Origin: Narcine bancroftii
Taxonomy: Eukaryota
Length of the DNA stretch: 64,000 nt
Direction of reading: 5' to 3'
Assembly (NCBI RefSeq): GCF_036971445.1
Contig: NC_091474.1
Location: 42,346,001-42,410,000 of the forward strand
A program made the translations under genes and the position numbers. The notes under the pieces were generated by a model. The model saw nothing but the letters and a program-made list of their open reading frames with translations. It had not been told where the DNA came from and ran no database searches. Positions 25,197-39,246 of the stretch are shown piece by piece. Position 1 is the stretch's first letter; the number at the start of each line of letters is the position of its first letter.

Positions 25197-25543
25197 TAGT
25201 GATTCTCAAACTTTCCACTCACATACCACTTTAAGTAATCTCTATGCCATAAGGGCTCTGTGATTAGTCAGGGATGGCTTAAGGTGGTATGTGGCTGGAA
25301 AGAAAAAGTTTTACTTGTCCCTCCTTATGTGCTTGGTTTCATATCTGCAAAGGAAATGGGCCATTGACAATTTTTCTCAAGCAAAATATTTCAGTAACAT
25401 TTGGGTCTAGAACAGTGATTCCCAACCTTCCCTTCCCACTCACAAACCTCCTTAAGCCATCCTTTACTAATCACAGAGCACTTATGGCTTTGGGATTACT
25501 TACAGTGGTATGTGAGTGGAAAGAGAAAGGTTGAGAACCACTG
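25197..25543 (+). mobile_element. Composite hAT MITE, copy 2
   Basis: Same two-unit layout as 19370-19740. Flanks CTCTACCC/CTCTACTC form a 7/8-matching 8-bp TSD. Confidence 0.85.
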
Positions 25544-25876
25544 CTCTACTCTGAACCTCATTTCTTTCTGGACTGTCATTTTTCTCCAACTAATACTGTA
25601 ATGCAAATAAGCAACTGAAAATTGGAACACTTCGGTAGATAAAGGAGAGAACACTGACTTATAGGGTGATGCAAACAATAAGCCTGGAAAAAATAAATTG
25701 AAACCAACTTCATTATGAATTCCATTTGTCACCTGTGGAAGTGAACCTCTTCACAAATCTATGGTCAGTATTACCCCTGGTCTATAGTCACTACAGATAT
25801 GGCAACATTAATGGTTGTTTTCAGCTTGTTTGGTTTGGGTGAACAGTATTTATCAACTGACCTTTATGTGAAGTCT

Positions 25877-26412
25877 TTTTTCTTCTTTGGCTTGGCTTCG
25901 CGGATGAAGATTTATGGAGGGGTAATGTCCACGTCAGCTGCAGGCTCGTTTGTGGTTGACAAGTCTGATGCAGGACAGGCAGACACGGTTGCAGCAGTTG
26001 CAAGGGAAAATTGGTTGGTTGGGGTTGGGTGTTGGGTTTTTCCTCCTTTGCCTTTTGTCAGTGAGGTGGGCTCTGTGGTCTTCTTCAAAGGAGGTTGCTG
26101 CCCGCCGAACTGTGAGGCGCCAAGATGCACGGTTTGAGGCAAGATCAGCCCACTGGCAGTGGTCAATGTGGCAGGCACCAAGAGATTTCTTTAGGCAGTC
26201 CTTGTACCTCTTCTTTGGTGCACCTCTGTCTCAGTGGCCAGTGGAGAGCTCGCCATATAACACGATCTTGGGAAGGCGATGGTCCTCCATTCTGGAGACA
26301 TGACCTACCCAGCGCAGTTTGATCTTCAGCAGTGTGGATTCGATGCTGTCGGCCTCTGCCATCTCGAGTACTTCGATGTTGGAGATGAAGTCGCTCCAAT
26401 GAATGTTGAGGA
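25877..26412 (-). mobile_element. RTE (AviRTE-like) 3' fragment
   Basis: Near-identical to 40100-40640. Confidence 0.9.
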
Positions 26413-26421
26413 GACATCAAA

Positions 26422-26789
26422 AGCCCCTTTTCCACCGGAACCTTGTCCCAGGAATTGTCGGCTAATTTACCCATTAAGGGTCCAGTAGAAAATGGAAACA
26501 ATTAGCATGCCGGTGTCAAATCACGCTGGCAATTGATGGCCTCGACCCCCTACACACATCCCCGGCGTCAGCTGAAGCCAGCATGCCAATTAAACCAGCG
26601 TAGAAAGGACAAGTTGCCTCCCTGGATTATTGTTGAAGGTAGGTTCTCCCATCCCCGGGGACGACTTGTAGTCAGTGGGAAAGCAGTTTGTGTCCCGGTT
26701 AAAAGTGGCCCAGTGGAAATAGCAAAAATGGCTTCTTGAACCAGGACAGTGCGCGGCCAATTAACTGGGATGCCAATGGAAAAAGGGCT
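26422..26789. mobile_element. PIF/Harbinger-type MITE
   Basis: TIRs AGCCCCTTTTCCA ... TGGAAAAAGGGCT, with 3-bp AAA on both sides. Internal GTGGAAA-like subterminal repeats; CpG-rich. Confidence 0.72.
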
Positions 26790-27540
26790 AAATAGAACAA
26801 TACAATTTTAGCATCCTCATCTGAAACCAATTCTGGAAACATTCATCAATAAAATATTAACCTTGGAGATGTGAGAAAGAGAAGCAAACCCCTTTGATGA
26901 TTGCAATGATTTTCACAGCGTGCAACATAATGGTAATTCAAGTCAAGTCAACTTTATTTATCATTCATACATACCATGCTTGCTCGGTAGGACCAGATAG
27001 TGTTTCATAATCCAAGAGATTGCATAATCACTTGCATTGTGCAGTGTGCATTGGAATTATCACCAAGGAGAAAGAAATTATTTGCAGTTACGAGTAAAAT
27101 TCCAGGAGTTTGAAATAATAACTAAATCATGGAGTAACTGGCATGGGTATTGGACCATGCTTATTGAACAAAAAAAGTTTGGTGGTTGCAAATTCTGGCA
27201 ATTGTCAATGTGTGTGTGTGTGCGTGTGCCCACACTGCCATGCAATAAGTTCATAGTTGATTTCATATCTTATGACCTCTTACCTGCATTTAGCCCATGA
27301 ACCTCAATTTTCTTAATATCAATCTCAGCACCTGAGCCTCCACAGCCCACTTAGGTAAAGAATCCAAAATTTCACCACCCACTGGTGCAGAAACTTCCCT
27401 TCCTCTTTTTCTTAAATAGTTGTGACCCTTGGTTCTAGAATGTAAGAGACCAGAGTCATCAACTCTACATCTTCTCTCTCCAGTCCTGTAATAATTGTAT
27501 GCATGAGATCATGCCCATTCTGCTAACCTCAATGGAGTAT

Positions 27541-29690
27541 AGAATCAGAATCAGGATTGATCGTCATGGAATTCGGTGTCTTTGTGGCAGCACCATAGAG
27601 CAAACATTCATATTATAACCATCTTACAACATTACCATAAAATATTAAAATAACAGAGCACGAAAAGTAAGGCAGTGTCTTTGGTTCATTGATTATTCAG
27701 GAATCTGATGGCAGCAGAGAAGAAGCTGTTCTTGTGCCATTGAGTGTTCATCTTTAGGCTCCTGTATCTTTTCCCCAATGGTAGCAGAGTGAAGAGGGGC
27801 ATGGCCTGGGTGGTGGGGGTCTTTGAGGATAGAGGCAGCTTTCTTAAGGCACTGACTCATGTCGATGTCCTTGATGGAGTGAGGTCTGGTACCTGTGATG
27901 TCGCAGGCCGAGCTAACAACCCTTGGAGTTTATTCTTGTGCTGAGAATTGGCGCTTCCACACCAGGCAGTGAGGTAACCAGCCAGGATGCTCTCCATGGT
28001 CCCACCTGGAGAAGGTGACAAGAGTCTTTGGTGACAAAGTGAATCTCCTTAGACACCTCACAAAGTCTAGCCACTGCTGAGCCTTCTTTGAGAATAGAGT
28101 GATTGAAGGCCAAGTTGTAGTTGATGAAGAGCAGCCCTATGTGTGAATTGCTGTTTTCAAGGTGATCCAGAGCTGAGTGGAGAGACAGCAATATTGTATC
28201 TGCTGTGGAATGATTGTGACAATAAGTGAATTGCAGTGGGGCCCGATCTTTACTGAGGTATGTGTTAATTCTGGCCATGACCAGCCTCTCAAAACATTTA
28301 ATCACAGTAGAAGTTAGTGCTACTGGGTTGTAGTCGTTGAGGCAGCTCACAGTACTCTTTTTCAGTACCGGGATGACTGATGCCCTTTTTAAGCTGGTGG
28401 GAACCTCTGACCGCAGCAATGAGAGGATGAAAATGTCTGTAAACACTCCGTCAGGGCCTGACACCTTGCGAGGGTTTACCCTCTTGAATGATGTTCTGTC
28501 ATCACACTCAGAGACAGATATCACAGGGACTTCAGCCTTTTCCGGGATTCTAGTAGGCAATGTTTGGTTCTTCTTCTCAAAGCGGACATAGAAGGTGTTC
28601 AGCTCATTGGGTAATGAAGCATCACAGCCATCTATAGTGTTCACCCTCACTTTGTAGTCCGTAATAGCCTGCACTCCTTGCCATAGCTGGCGTGTATCTG
28701 TCTCTGTCTCGAGCTTCCTATAGAATTGCCATTTTGCTTCAGAGATGGCATTCTGCAGGTCGTACCTGGTCTTCTTGTAAAGATCTCAATCCCTGGCCTT
28801 AAATGCCCTTGTTCTCGCCCTCAGCAGGTTGTGAATTCTCTAATTCATCCAGGTCTTCTGGTTGGGGAACACCTGGTATGTGTGTGTGGGAACGCACCCA
28901 TCCATGCAGGTCTTGATGAAGTCGGTGGCACCTGTTGCATATTCATTCAACTCTACGGATGAGCTCTTGAATATGTTCCAGTCCTCCAATTCAAAGCGGT
29001 CCTGCAGACGCTCATCCACTTCCCTTGACCATATTTTTGCCATCTTCACCACTGGTTCTGTGGTCTTGTATGCCAGAAGTAGAGATACAGGCAGATGATC
29101 AGACTTGCCGAAGTGTGGTTGAGGTATGGTTCAGTATGCATTCTTCATGGTGGTGTAGCAATGGTCGAGTGTGTTGGTTCACTTGGACTCACATGTGACG
29201 TGTTGGTGGTAGTTTGTCAGAGACATCTTCAGGATGGCCTGTTTGAAATCCCCCCACAATGATCAGGAGGGCATCAGAATGTGCTGTCTCATGGCTGTAC
29301 ATCACAGTGCTCAGTCCCCTCTAGTCCTTCCAGTGCCAGCCTGAATGTACTGTAACCAGGATGATGGCAGTGAACTCCTTCATCAGGTAGAATGGGTAAC
29401 TCTCGATTGCCAAATATTCCAGGTCGGGGGAGCAGGACTGGGACATGACGGTCATATCTGTGTACCACGATAAATTGAAGATAACACAAACATTGCCTCC
29501 CTTGTTTTTTCTAGACACCGGTGTCCGGTCAGCGCAATGGAAGATGTAGCCTTTGAGCAGTAGTGCCGTGTCTGGAATGTCCACATTTAGCCATGTTTCT
29601 GTAAAGCATATCTGGCTTGGAGTTCGTCAAGTTTGTTCTCCAAGGACTGTACATTGGCCAGGAGGATGGTAGGCCCAATCTGTTTAACTT
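27541..29690 (-). mobile_element. Rex1/Babar-type LINE, internally deleted (APE and RT remnants)
   Basis: APE remnants CFTETWL, SCSPDLEYLAI and PHFGKSDHL. ORF 27913-28674 has [36 protein letters not shown]. Tail GAATCAGAATCAG at about 27542. Confidence 0.88.
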
Positions 29691-30759
29691 CTCATACAAC
29701 AAACCTGCCACCCCACAAATTCTGCACTTCCTCTATTACAAGTCTGTCCGTTCTTACGTGGGGAGTCCAGACCTGTACAAAACTTCAAGATGTGGTCTCC
29801 CTAGAGTCCAAGATAATAGATAAAACATCTTGCAAATCACCTTCTTGCATATAAAATTAATTTTCAGCAATAGAAGAACACCTAGGTCCCTCGCTAAGTC
29901 AACACATTGCAATCTCTCCCCATATAAACACTCTGGTCATTAATATTACAGACATTTTTATATATTAGATTACAAAATCCCCCTCGTCCAAACCATTGAC
30001 GTACATTATGAACAGCTGGGGCCTCAGTACATATTTTTCTTCTGCCCTTTCTCCTGTATCTACTTCTTATCGATTAGCCCGTGCTCCTCTCCCTTCCCTT
30101 TCCTCCCTCCTCTCCTCTCCCCACAACTTTTTATTTAGGCGTCTGCCTGTTATTCCTCATTCCCAACAAAGGGCTTGAGTTTATGGATCCTATGGTGGCT
30201 GCATGACCTGCTGAGTTTCTCCAGCATTTTTGTGCATTATACTGGACCATGGCATCGACAGGGTTTCTTGTTTAACTCAGTACAAATCCCTGTGGCAGTT
30301 AAAGCCTCCTGAAAATGACCTGCTTGTTCCTAACCTCTGCTTTGTGTCTCCAATCCGCAATCCACACTCTACATATTAACCCCAATACTGCGTGCTCTAA
30401 TTTTGTTTAATAACAATTTCTAGTGTTGTACCTTCTGGAAAGTACAAGTACATCATATCTGTGGAATAAATAAAACAAAAAGTGCCAGAAACACTGAGCA
30501 AGTCAGATAGCAAATGAAGAAAAAGAACAGGGTCAATGACCCAAGTCAATGACCCGTCAAGAGAACTGACATCAACTGATTTTCTCTCCTAAATTCTGTT
30601 TGTTGCAACTTCAAGTTCAAATTTATTTGTGATCCAATTGCGCTCAGTTCAAAACGGCTCTCTCCAGTTCACGGTGCAAAACAATGCAAACACACATACA
30701 GACAATACATGTACACAGCACCTATGTACAAAAAGGTCAAACAAATTCTCAATAAGAAC

Positions 30760-31300
30760 AACAATGCTGGAGAAACTCAGCAGGTCCAACAGTGCACTTT
30801 ATATAGCAAAGAGAAAGACACATTACTAACACCTGAGGCTTGGGCTTCTTCAAGGTATAAGTAAAATGTCAGCAGGCTCCTAAACAAAATGGCTGGGGGC
30901 AGGGGGTGCAGGCCCAGAGGCAGGAGCTAATGGGTGGATAAGAGAGGAAGGGCACACCAACAAACAGGGGGAGGGGCTGGGGCTTGGGCTTCTTCAAGGT
31001 ATAAGTAAAATGTCAGCAGGCTCCTGAACAAAATGGCTGGGGGCAGGGGGTGCAGGCCCAGAGGCAAGAGCTAATGGGTGGATAAGAGAGGGAGGGCACA
31101 CCAACAAACAGGGGGAGGGGCTGGCCCTGGAAATGGAGAAGAAAAGGGGTGGAGAGCTGGAGGAAAGGGATAGGGAAGAGAAGGAGAACAGCGAGTGTGG
31201 TAGCAGAAACCAGAGAAGATTATGTTAGTGCCATCTGGTTGGAGAGTTCCCAGATGGAATATCAGGTGTTGCTCCTCCAATTTACAGATAACAATTCTAA
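30760..31300 (-). mobile_element. Penelope-derived 3' fragment containing a 144-bp tandem duplication
   Basis: Minus-strand peptide CKLEEQHLIFHLGTLQPDGTNI. 30837-30980 is repeated at 30981-31124. Confidence 0.8.
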
Positions 31301-32199
31301 ATACTGCAGCCACCATGCACGGACAAGGGAGAGGGTGAACAGGGTGAGAACTTGGTACATACATTATGTTAATGTGGATGTCGTAAAGTTTCTGCAGGGT
31401 TGCTCTGGCTATACCCATGCAAATAAATAGTGAATATTGATTTAAGTCCAGGACCAGAATCTCTATTCTAATAACCTTGATAAATGAGACCAAGGAAAGA
31501 TTATTAGAAGCATGGCTGTAAACCAACAGAGCCCAAGTTATTAGAGGAAAATTTCCCAGCACACTTGGTCTCATCATTAACCAATGTTCTCTTCAAGGAG
31601 TTGCTGCTTTGTTGGAGAAAGCCACATGCTCCAGTCTACCCCCCCCCCCCCCCCCACCAACAAAGAATTCTTTCTAATCAGAATGGAAGAGAAGGTGAGG
31701 TGGGAGCGTGGAATGAGCTACTGACTGAATTGATAAATGCAGGCTCAATTTTTTGACATTTAAAAAAATTTTGGACAAGTACATGTATGGGTGGGGTATG
31801 GAAGAACATGGTCCAGGTGCAGGTCAATGGGACTAGGCAGAATAATAGTTCAGCAGACTTAAAGGGCCCATTTCTGTGCTGTAGTTTCCATGGTTCTATG
31901 GTGGTCTTTTGAACCCTTTAAGTTGCTCTGCTCTTCAATTCGATCACAATCGATGCATACTTTCAATTCCAAAAGCTGGTCTTATTTAGTTTTCCATTTG
32001 TTTTCATTCTTATCTTGGAAAAATCATTTAAGAATATTTTTAAAAATGGATGTGTTCTCCTTTACCTAATTAATTTCTTTGCCCTGTTGACCTACCTGGT
32101 TTACTGATTCCCTCTGTCCCAACATCTCTACTCCGTGTGAGCACTCCAAGAAGAATTTCAGTTCACTGCACAAATTACTTTCTCTTCATCTCAATCCTA

Positions 32200-32580
32200 A
32201 AGTTCTACAGCACAGAAACAGGCCCTTCAGCCCATGCTGACCATGCTAGTCCTACTTGCTTGAATTCAGCCCATATCATTCTGAACCTATCCCTGTCTGA
32301 ATGTCCTTTAAATGTAACAATCATCTCCACTTCTACCATTTCCTCAGGAAACTCGTTCCACATACCCAGATTTGAAGAAGTACCTCTCGGGTCCTTTCTA
32401 AATCTTTCTCCTCTCATCTGAAATCTATGCCTTTCATGTTTTAGATCCACCTACTCATGGAAAAAGGCTATGACTATTTATATACATCTTCATGACTTTA
32501 TAAACCTCGATCAGGTCCTCCCCAGCTTCCTACATTCCAGGGAGAAAATACCCATCTTATCCATCCTCTCCTTATAATTC
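32200..32580 (-). mobile_element. CR1 LINE 3' end
   Basis: Minus-strand MRGERFRKDPRGT..MWNEFPEEMVE and 3' UTR GGGCTGAAGGGCCTGTTTCTGTGCTGTAG. Confidence 0.78.
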
Positions 32581-33124
32581 AAGGTCCAAGCCTCAAATAG
32601 TTTATTCCTTATCTCCAAGGGACCCAACTGGGAGGAAACAGCTTCCTGTCATCTGCTCTGTTGACCTTGTGAAGTCCCGTCATGAGTGTGGACCAAGATG
32701 CTTCAACAACTTGCCCTCAGATAATTTCCTCAACCTAAGAATCGATCTGGGAATCAGTGCACCATAGACTAGGCCAGCATATCACTTCTCAGAGATCAAA
32801 ACCACACGCAGCACTCCAAATATTGTCTTACCTAAAGCCCCTTTAGTCTCAGTAAGAACTCCCTCTATATTTTTTTTTCTCCTCAGCTCACTCACAATAG
32901 TGACCAGCTTTTCACTTGGCTTCCTAATCACAAGCAGCACTTGCATGTTTTCTTTCTGCATCCCATGTACCAGCACACCCAGATCCCATTATCACTTTTG
33001 CACTATTTGAACCATATTCTTTTCTCTTATTCTTCCAAGCTCACATTTTCCTGCAGTGTCCATCTGTCACATTTTTTGTCCAATTAACCTTTATCCCCTT
33101 TACACCTCACATTCCACCACAAAA

Positions 33125-33735
33125 TAAGTTATGAGGAGAGATGGAATAGCATTGAACTGTACTCATTGGAGATTAGAAGGATGAAGAAGGATCTTATAGA
33201 GACGCGAAATTACGAAAGGAATGGCCAACGTGGAATCAAGGAGGAAAGTGTCAGTGCAACGCTATTACACCCCTAGCAACCTGGGTTCAAATCAGGCACT
33301 GTCTGTAAGGAGTTTGTATGCTCTCTTCTCTGTCCATGTGAGTTTCATCCCATATTCCAAAGATGTGCAGGATTGGAACGTTAAATGGGTGTATTTAGGC
33401 AGCTCGGGTTCATGGGCTAGAAGGCCTGTTTCCATGCCGTATCTCTGAAATTTTTTAAAAATTAAAAATTTTCTTCTGGTAGATGAGTCTAGAACTCAGG
33501 GACATTGCCTCAAATTTCAGAGGAAATGATTTAAGACAGGGATGAGGAGGAAGTGAATCTGTGGAATTCTCTGCTCAAGGAAGCAATAGAGGCTGTCGTT
33601 AAGATACAGGGAGAAAAATTTTTGAAGGATCAGGAAATTATGGGTTATGGGGAATGGTAAGTGGAACTGGCCAGATTAGTCATGACCCGAGTAGGCTCAA
33701 CGGTCTAGATGGCCCACTGCTGCTCCAATTTTATG
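33125..33735 (+). mobile_element. CR1 LINE 3' end interrupted by a SINE (about 33250-33465)
   Basis: LYSLEIRRMKKDLIE and GTGAATCTGTGGAATTCTCTGC. SINE core CTGGGTTCAAATC..CTGTAAGGAGTTTGTATG. Confidence 0.72.
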
Positions 33736-34335
33736 CTAAGTTTAGCAAAACTGGAGGTGTCACATTTTCTCTTTTCTTCTGACATTCCAATGATTTGTAT
33801 TCAGTTGAGACCTATTACACACCCAAGTGTCGCACATGGAAAAAGACACTTTGTTCCCTCTCTGTTTTGTCGTCTTTAATCAATCCTCTGTCCATGATGT
33901 GTATTCTCCTCCCTTCTGACTTCTTATTTGCTGTATCCTTTTAAGTTGGCCTTTCCAACACTTTTTGAATATCCAGCTATAAATCTCTGCTCTTTCCCAT
34001 TTATCTGCCTTTCTAATTATCACCTTAAAAACTTGTGCTATGGTCAAATATGATTTTCCTTCTTGTCCAATCATATAATAAATTTATAATTATTATGTTC
34101 ATGTCCTCAATAACAATGATCAGTTCAGCATTTTTCCAGCAACTGATGTCAGGTTAATGTGCGACTTCCTTCTTTAGTAATAAAAGTGTCACACCCGGAA
34201 CCTATTGTAAAAACTCTAGCACTAATGGATGCTTTTTTTTGCAACCACATTTGCTGGCTCTCAGATTTAGGAGATTTGGGGTTATCACCCCCTCCTCCTA
34301 ATTTCTCCATTTTCAATCCTTTTGTCTTTAATTAC

Positions 34336-35950
34336 GAGAAATCAGGCGAGCAAAAGGCAAGAAATCAGACTGCTCAAACTACAGGGGAATCACGCTGCTC
34401 TCCATTGCAGGCAAAATATTCGCTAGGATTCTCCTTAATAGACTAATACCTAGTGTCGCCGAAAATGTCCTCCCAGAATCAGTGTGGCTTTCGCGCAAAC
34501 AGAGGAACTACTGACATGGTCTTTGCCCTCAGACAGCTCCAAGAAAAGTGCAGAGAACAAAGCAAAGGACTCTACATCACCTTTGTTGACCTCACCAAAG
34601 CCTTTGACACCGTGAGCAGGAAAGAGCTTTGGCAAATACTAGAGCGCCTCGGATGCCCCCCCCAAGTTCCTCAACATGGTTATCCAACTGCACAAAAACC
34701 AACAAGGTCAGGCCAAATACAGCAATGAGCTCTCCGAACCCTTCTCCATTGACAACGGCGTGAAGCAAGGCTGCGTCCTCGCACCAACCCTCTTTACTAT
34801 CTTCTTCAGCATGATGCTGAAACAAGCCATGAAAGACCTCAACAATGAAGAAGCTGTTTACATCCGGTACTGCACGGATGGCAGTCTCTTCAATCTGAGG
34901 CGCCTGCAAGCTCATACCAAGACACAAGAGCAACTTGTCCGTGAACTACTCTTTGCAGACGATGCCGCTTTAGTTGCCCATTCAGAGCCAGCTCTCCAGC
35001 GCATGACGTCCTGTTTTGTGGAAACTGCCAATATGTTTGGCCTGGAAGTCAGCCTGAAGAAAACTGAGGTCCTCCATCAGCCAGCTCCCCACCATGACCA
35101 CCAGCCCCCCCCCACATCTCCATCGGACACACAAAACTCAAAACGGTCAACCAGTTTACCTAGCTCGGCTGCACCATTTCATCAGATGCAAGGATTGACC
35201 ATGAGATAGACAACAGACTCACCAAGGCAAATAGCGCCTTTGGAAGACTACACAAAAGGGTCTGGAAAAACAACCACCTGAAGAAACACACAAAGATCAG
35301 CGTGTACAGAGCCGTTGTCATACCCACGCTCCTGTTCAGCTTCGAATCATGAGTCCTCTACCGGCATCACCTACGGCTCCTAGAACGCTTCCATCACCAC
35401 TGTCTCCGCTCCATCCTCAACATTCATTGGAATGACTTCATCACCAACATCGAAGTACTCGAGCTGGCAGAGTCCGCAAGCATCGAATCCATGCCGCTGA
35501 AGACCCAACTGCGCTGGGTGGGTCACGTCTCCAGAATGGAGGTCCATCACGTTCCCAAGATCGTGTTATATGGCGAGCTCTCCACTGGCCACCGAGATAG
35601 AGGTGCACCAAAGCAGAGGTACAAGGACTGCTTAAAGAAATCTCTTGGTGCCTGCCACATTGACCACTGCCAGTGGGCTGATCTCGCCTCAAACCGTGCA
35701 TCTTGGCACCTCATAGTTCGGCGGGCAGCAACCTCCTTTGAAGAAGACCGCAGAGCCCACCTCACTGACAAAAGACAAAGGAGGAAAAACCCAAGACCCA
35801 ACCCCAACCAACCAATTTTCCCTTGCAACCGCTGCAACCGTGCCTACCTGTCCCGCATCGGACTTGTCAGTCACCAACGAGCCTGCAGCAGACGTGGACA
35901 TACCCCTCCATAATCTTCGTCCGCGAAGCCAAGCCAAAGAAAGAAAAGAA
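34336..35950 (+). mobile_element. RTE (AviRTE-like), longest copy, RT pseudogenised
   Basis: NYRGITLLSIAGK, QCGFRANRGTTDMVFALRQLQEKC..FVDLTKAFDTV, GVKQGCVLAPTLF, ELLFADDA and a C-terminal CNRC..SHQRAC. Frameshifts lie in C-runs and there are stops. Confidence 0.94.
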
Positions 35951-36179
35951 ACCTTGTTCCCATCTCTCATTGGAACCAAGCTTCCATTCTAACAACATTC
36001 GAAATATTTTGTCCTCGGTTACGGCAGTTGCAAGTATTTACATAATACGCCCTCCAGTAACTTCACCTGCCTCTCTCCCAAGGGAACTATTAATGCTACA
36101 TTTCCTATTAAAGGAAGCTGTGGAAGCTCTTAAAATATTATTATTATAATTTATTCTCACAATTGAACATCTTCCATTT

Positions 36180-37000
36180 TTTTAATATGATTTAAATTTT
36201 ATTGAGCTCTTTAAAAAGTTTCCCCAAACCCTTGAGTCAGTGTTAAAATTATGTATCATAATTTACATAAATTCATCCATAAAATAAAAACAAACATGAC
36301 AGCCAAAAATATCAATATAATAACCTTATGTGCCTATTTAGACCTCTAATAACAGAGAAAAACTGCTGTTTATTAACATCACTACATCCACCATTTCCCT
36401 CCCAGGAAACCTAGATATTTGCTCCATTTTGCTGTGTAGAGACGTCCAATTTATCCAACTGTTTGTAAGCCATGGGTTCAAATGCTGCCACTTTGGCCAT
36501 TTCTAAGGCTCACTCCTGAAATGATGGTTTCACCCCCCGCCCCCCAAATTCTTTCAACCTCTAAGTAGAATTTCTCTTCTTATCATTATACTTGTCTGAA
36601 TCCAATTTTGAGAGTATTTCCTTCTTCCATCTTTGATTAATAATTATTGCTTCCCATAAATTTATTCCACCAACTGGGCTTTGATCCTTAAAATTTGTCG
36701 CTGGAATTCACATCTCTCAATGTAATGTACATTCACTGATATTTAAATACATATTTTGAATGTGCCTATTATGGTTTGTTTCTTCCATCAATTTATCCTT
36801 CATACTGAGCTCATGAATTTCATCCCTCTTGAACTGCGACAAAATTCTATCCTAATTTTGTCGAGTTTTGTTAAAGAATCTTTAGATTATGTGATAACCC
36901 TGGTCAAAAATTGATTCTATAACATATTGCACCCCAACATTGTTCCAGATGCATTCAATGTACTCATTTTCTAAACTACTTTTGGCTAATTTGATTTCCT
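36180..37000 (-). mobile_element. Old L1-clade LINE 3' fragment
   Basis: T-rich tail with TTTATT at about 36200. Minus-strand remnants SLEMAKVAAFEP..KQLDKL. Confidence 0.5.
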
Positions 37001-37307
37001 CAGTCATTATAACAATTAAAAGTCACCCAGAGATACATTGCAGAGTTACAAAGGGCTCCTGTCCCTTGTTAGCTCACCTCAATGAGAATCATACTGCCAT
37101 CCTGCTCTTTAGGCCTAGACCATTCTTCACTACTCCCTTATGTAATCAGCACCCCATTCTTTTCTATGTTCTCTAAAATTCATGTTTGCAGCACAGACTT
37201 AATTTCTTCTGAGCCTTGCTGGGGAGCCATCACCTTGAACCACTGCAGTCTGTCAGGTGAGGCTAATCCCACAAACCAGTTGGGTAAAGAGTTCCAGGAT
37301 TTAAATG

Positions 37308-37530
37308 GGGCAGTACAATTGGTATGGCGGTTAGCGCAATGCTGTTACAGCACCACCCATCAGGACCGGAATTCAAATCCTGCGCTGTCTGAAATCAGTT
37401 TGTACATTCTCCCCATGTCTGTCTGGGTATTACAGCTTCCTCTCACCATTCAAAACATCTGTAAGTTAATTGGGTGTAAATTGGGTGGCACGGATTCATG
37501 GGCCGAAGCGTCTAAAATTAGCAAAATTAG
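37308..37530 (+). mobile_element. HE1/V-SINE-like SINE
   Basis: GGGGCAGTACAATTGGTATGGCGGTTAGCGC (A-box-like), GGAATTCAAATCC (B-box-like), then AGTTTGTACATTCTCCCC. Confidence 0.75.
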
Positions 37531-38688
37531 AATGCAGAAAACCAAGAGAGATTCTGGTCAAGGTGGCATTGTTCCCATGTTCCCATTGCCTTGGTCCTTC
37601 TGAAGACCAGTGGATCATGAAGACACCTGGATTAGTTGCTGCAGTGAATCTAGATGGGTTATGGTGTACACCACAATTGCAAGGACTGGTGCTGGAGGAA
37701 ACAAATGGTTGATAGGGGATGCTTTTGGCATAGAATGGGGATGTGTCAGTCAGAACAGTATTTACATGATTTAGGAATGATTACCTAGTAGGGTAAGATG
37801 TCAGGGTGAGGCTAAACATAAACTTGAAGGTCTACACATCATATTCCTCTTGGGTGGCATTAACACTAACGGAATGATCACTGATTGTTTGAATTTTAGG
37901 CAACCCCTAACTGATTCCACTGTGTTCATCTCTTCTTTACTTACTACTGTACTTATTTTTTTCCTCTCCCTAACTTCCCTTCACTCCTTCCTCATGATTT
38001 CTCCCTCTTTCTGTCCCTCCTCCTCCCACAACTCCTGTCCCTCCCATAACTCCTGTCCCTCCCCCTCCCACAACTTCCATTCTGAATCATCTCTGAGCCC
38101 CTCTCCCAGATGAATTTATCCTTTATATGTGTAATTCTCTTATCTGAAACCTGACCATTTCTACCCAGGGATGCCATCTGACCTGCTGACCCCCTCCAGT
38201 AGTTCATTGTTGGCTCATCATGTCGTTTTTAACTTTACATCATCCTCTGAAGGGATAGGGTTTGAAAGCTTGGGATTTTGTTTAAAGACAAACTGTATCA
38301 AAAGACTGAATGGCCAAATCATGTTCATATGTAAAGTTGTCAATGTTTTATGATACATTAGAACAAAGTAGGTACTTGGAAAGAGCAGGTCTTTATAGAG
38401 ACCAACGATAACCTGTGTTTGGAGGTAGTGGGCTGGGTTTTTAGATTTTAATGTGTCACCAAAGAGAACAAATGATGCCTAAACTGTAACGTACGAAAAG
38501 AATAAAACAAGAAAATATGCAGACGTTGAGATTGTGTTTAATACACAAATGTACTGGAGAAACTCAGCAGGTTCCGCAGCATCCACAGGGGGCAAAGATA
38601 TATAACCAATGTTTTGGGCCTGAGCCTTTGATGAAGGATGTGCTGCAGGACCTGCTGTTTCTCCAGCACTTTTACATATTAACTGTAA

Positions 38689-39140
38689 GATCCAGCTGCG
38701 TTGGGTGGGTCACGTCTCCAGAATGGAGGACCATCGCCTTCCCAAGATCGTGTTATATGGCGAGCTCTCCACTGGCCACCGTGACAGAGGTGCACCAAAG
38801 AAGAGGTACAAGGACTGCCTAAAGAAATCTCTTGGTGCCTGCCACATTGACCACCGCCAGTGGGCTGATATCGCCTCAAACCGTGCATCTTGGCGCCTCA
38901 CAGTTCGGTGGGCAGCAACCTCCTTTGAAGAAGACCGCAGAGCCCACCTCACTGACAAAAGACAAAGGAGGAAAAACCCAACACTCAACCCCAACCAACC
39001 AATTTTCCCCTGCAGCCGCTGCAACCGTGTCTGCCTGTCCCGCATCGGACTTGTCAGCCACAAACGAGCCTGCAGCTGACGTGGACATTTACCCCCTCTA
39101 TAAATCTTCGTCCGCGAAGCCAAGCCAAAGAAGAAAAAGA
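38689..39140 (+). mobile_element. RTE (AviRTE-like) 3' fragment
   Basis: ORF 38705-39079 is an intact C-terminus, followed by the family 3' end. Confidence 0.92.
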
Positions 39141-39246
39141 TGAAATATTGACTAGATCAAATGTAGGAAATATAGAAGAATATAACACATTTGAAAGTAG
39201 ATAAATCACTCAGTAGCCCAAGGCTGTTAAAAAGAAGGAAGGGAGG

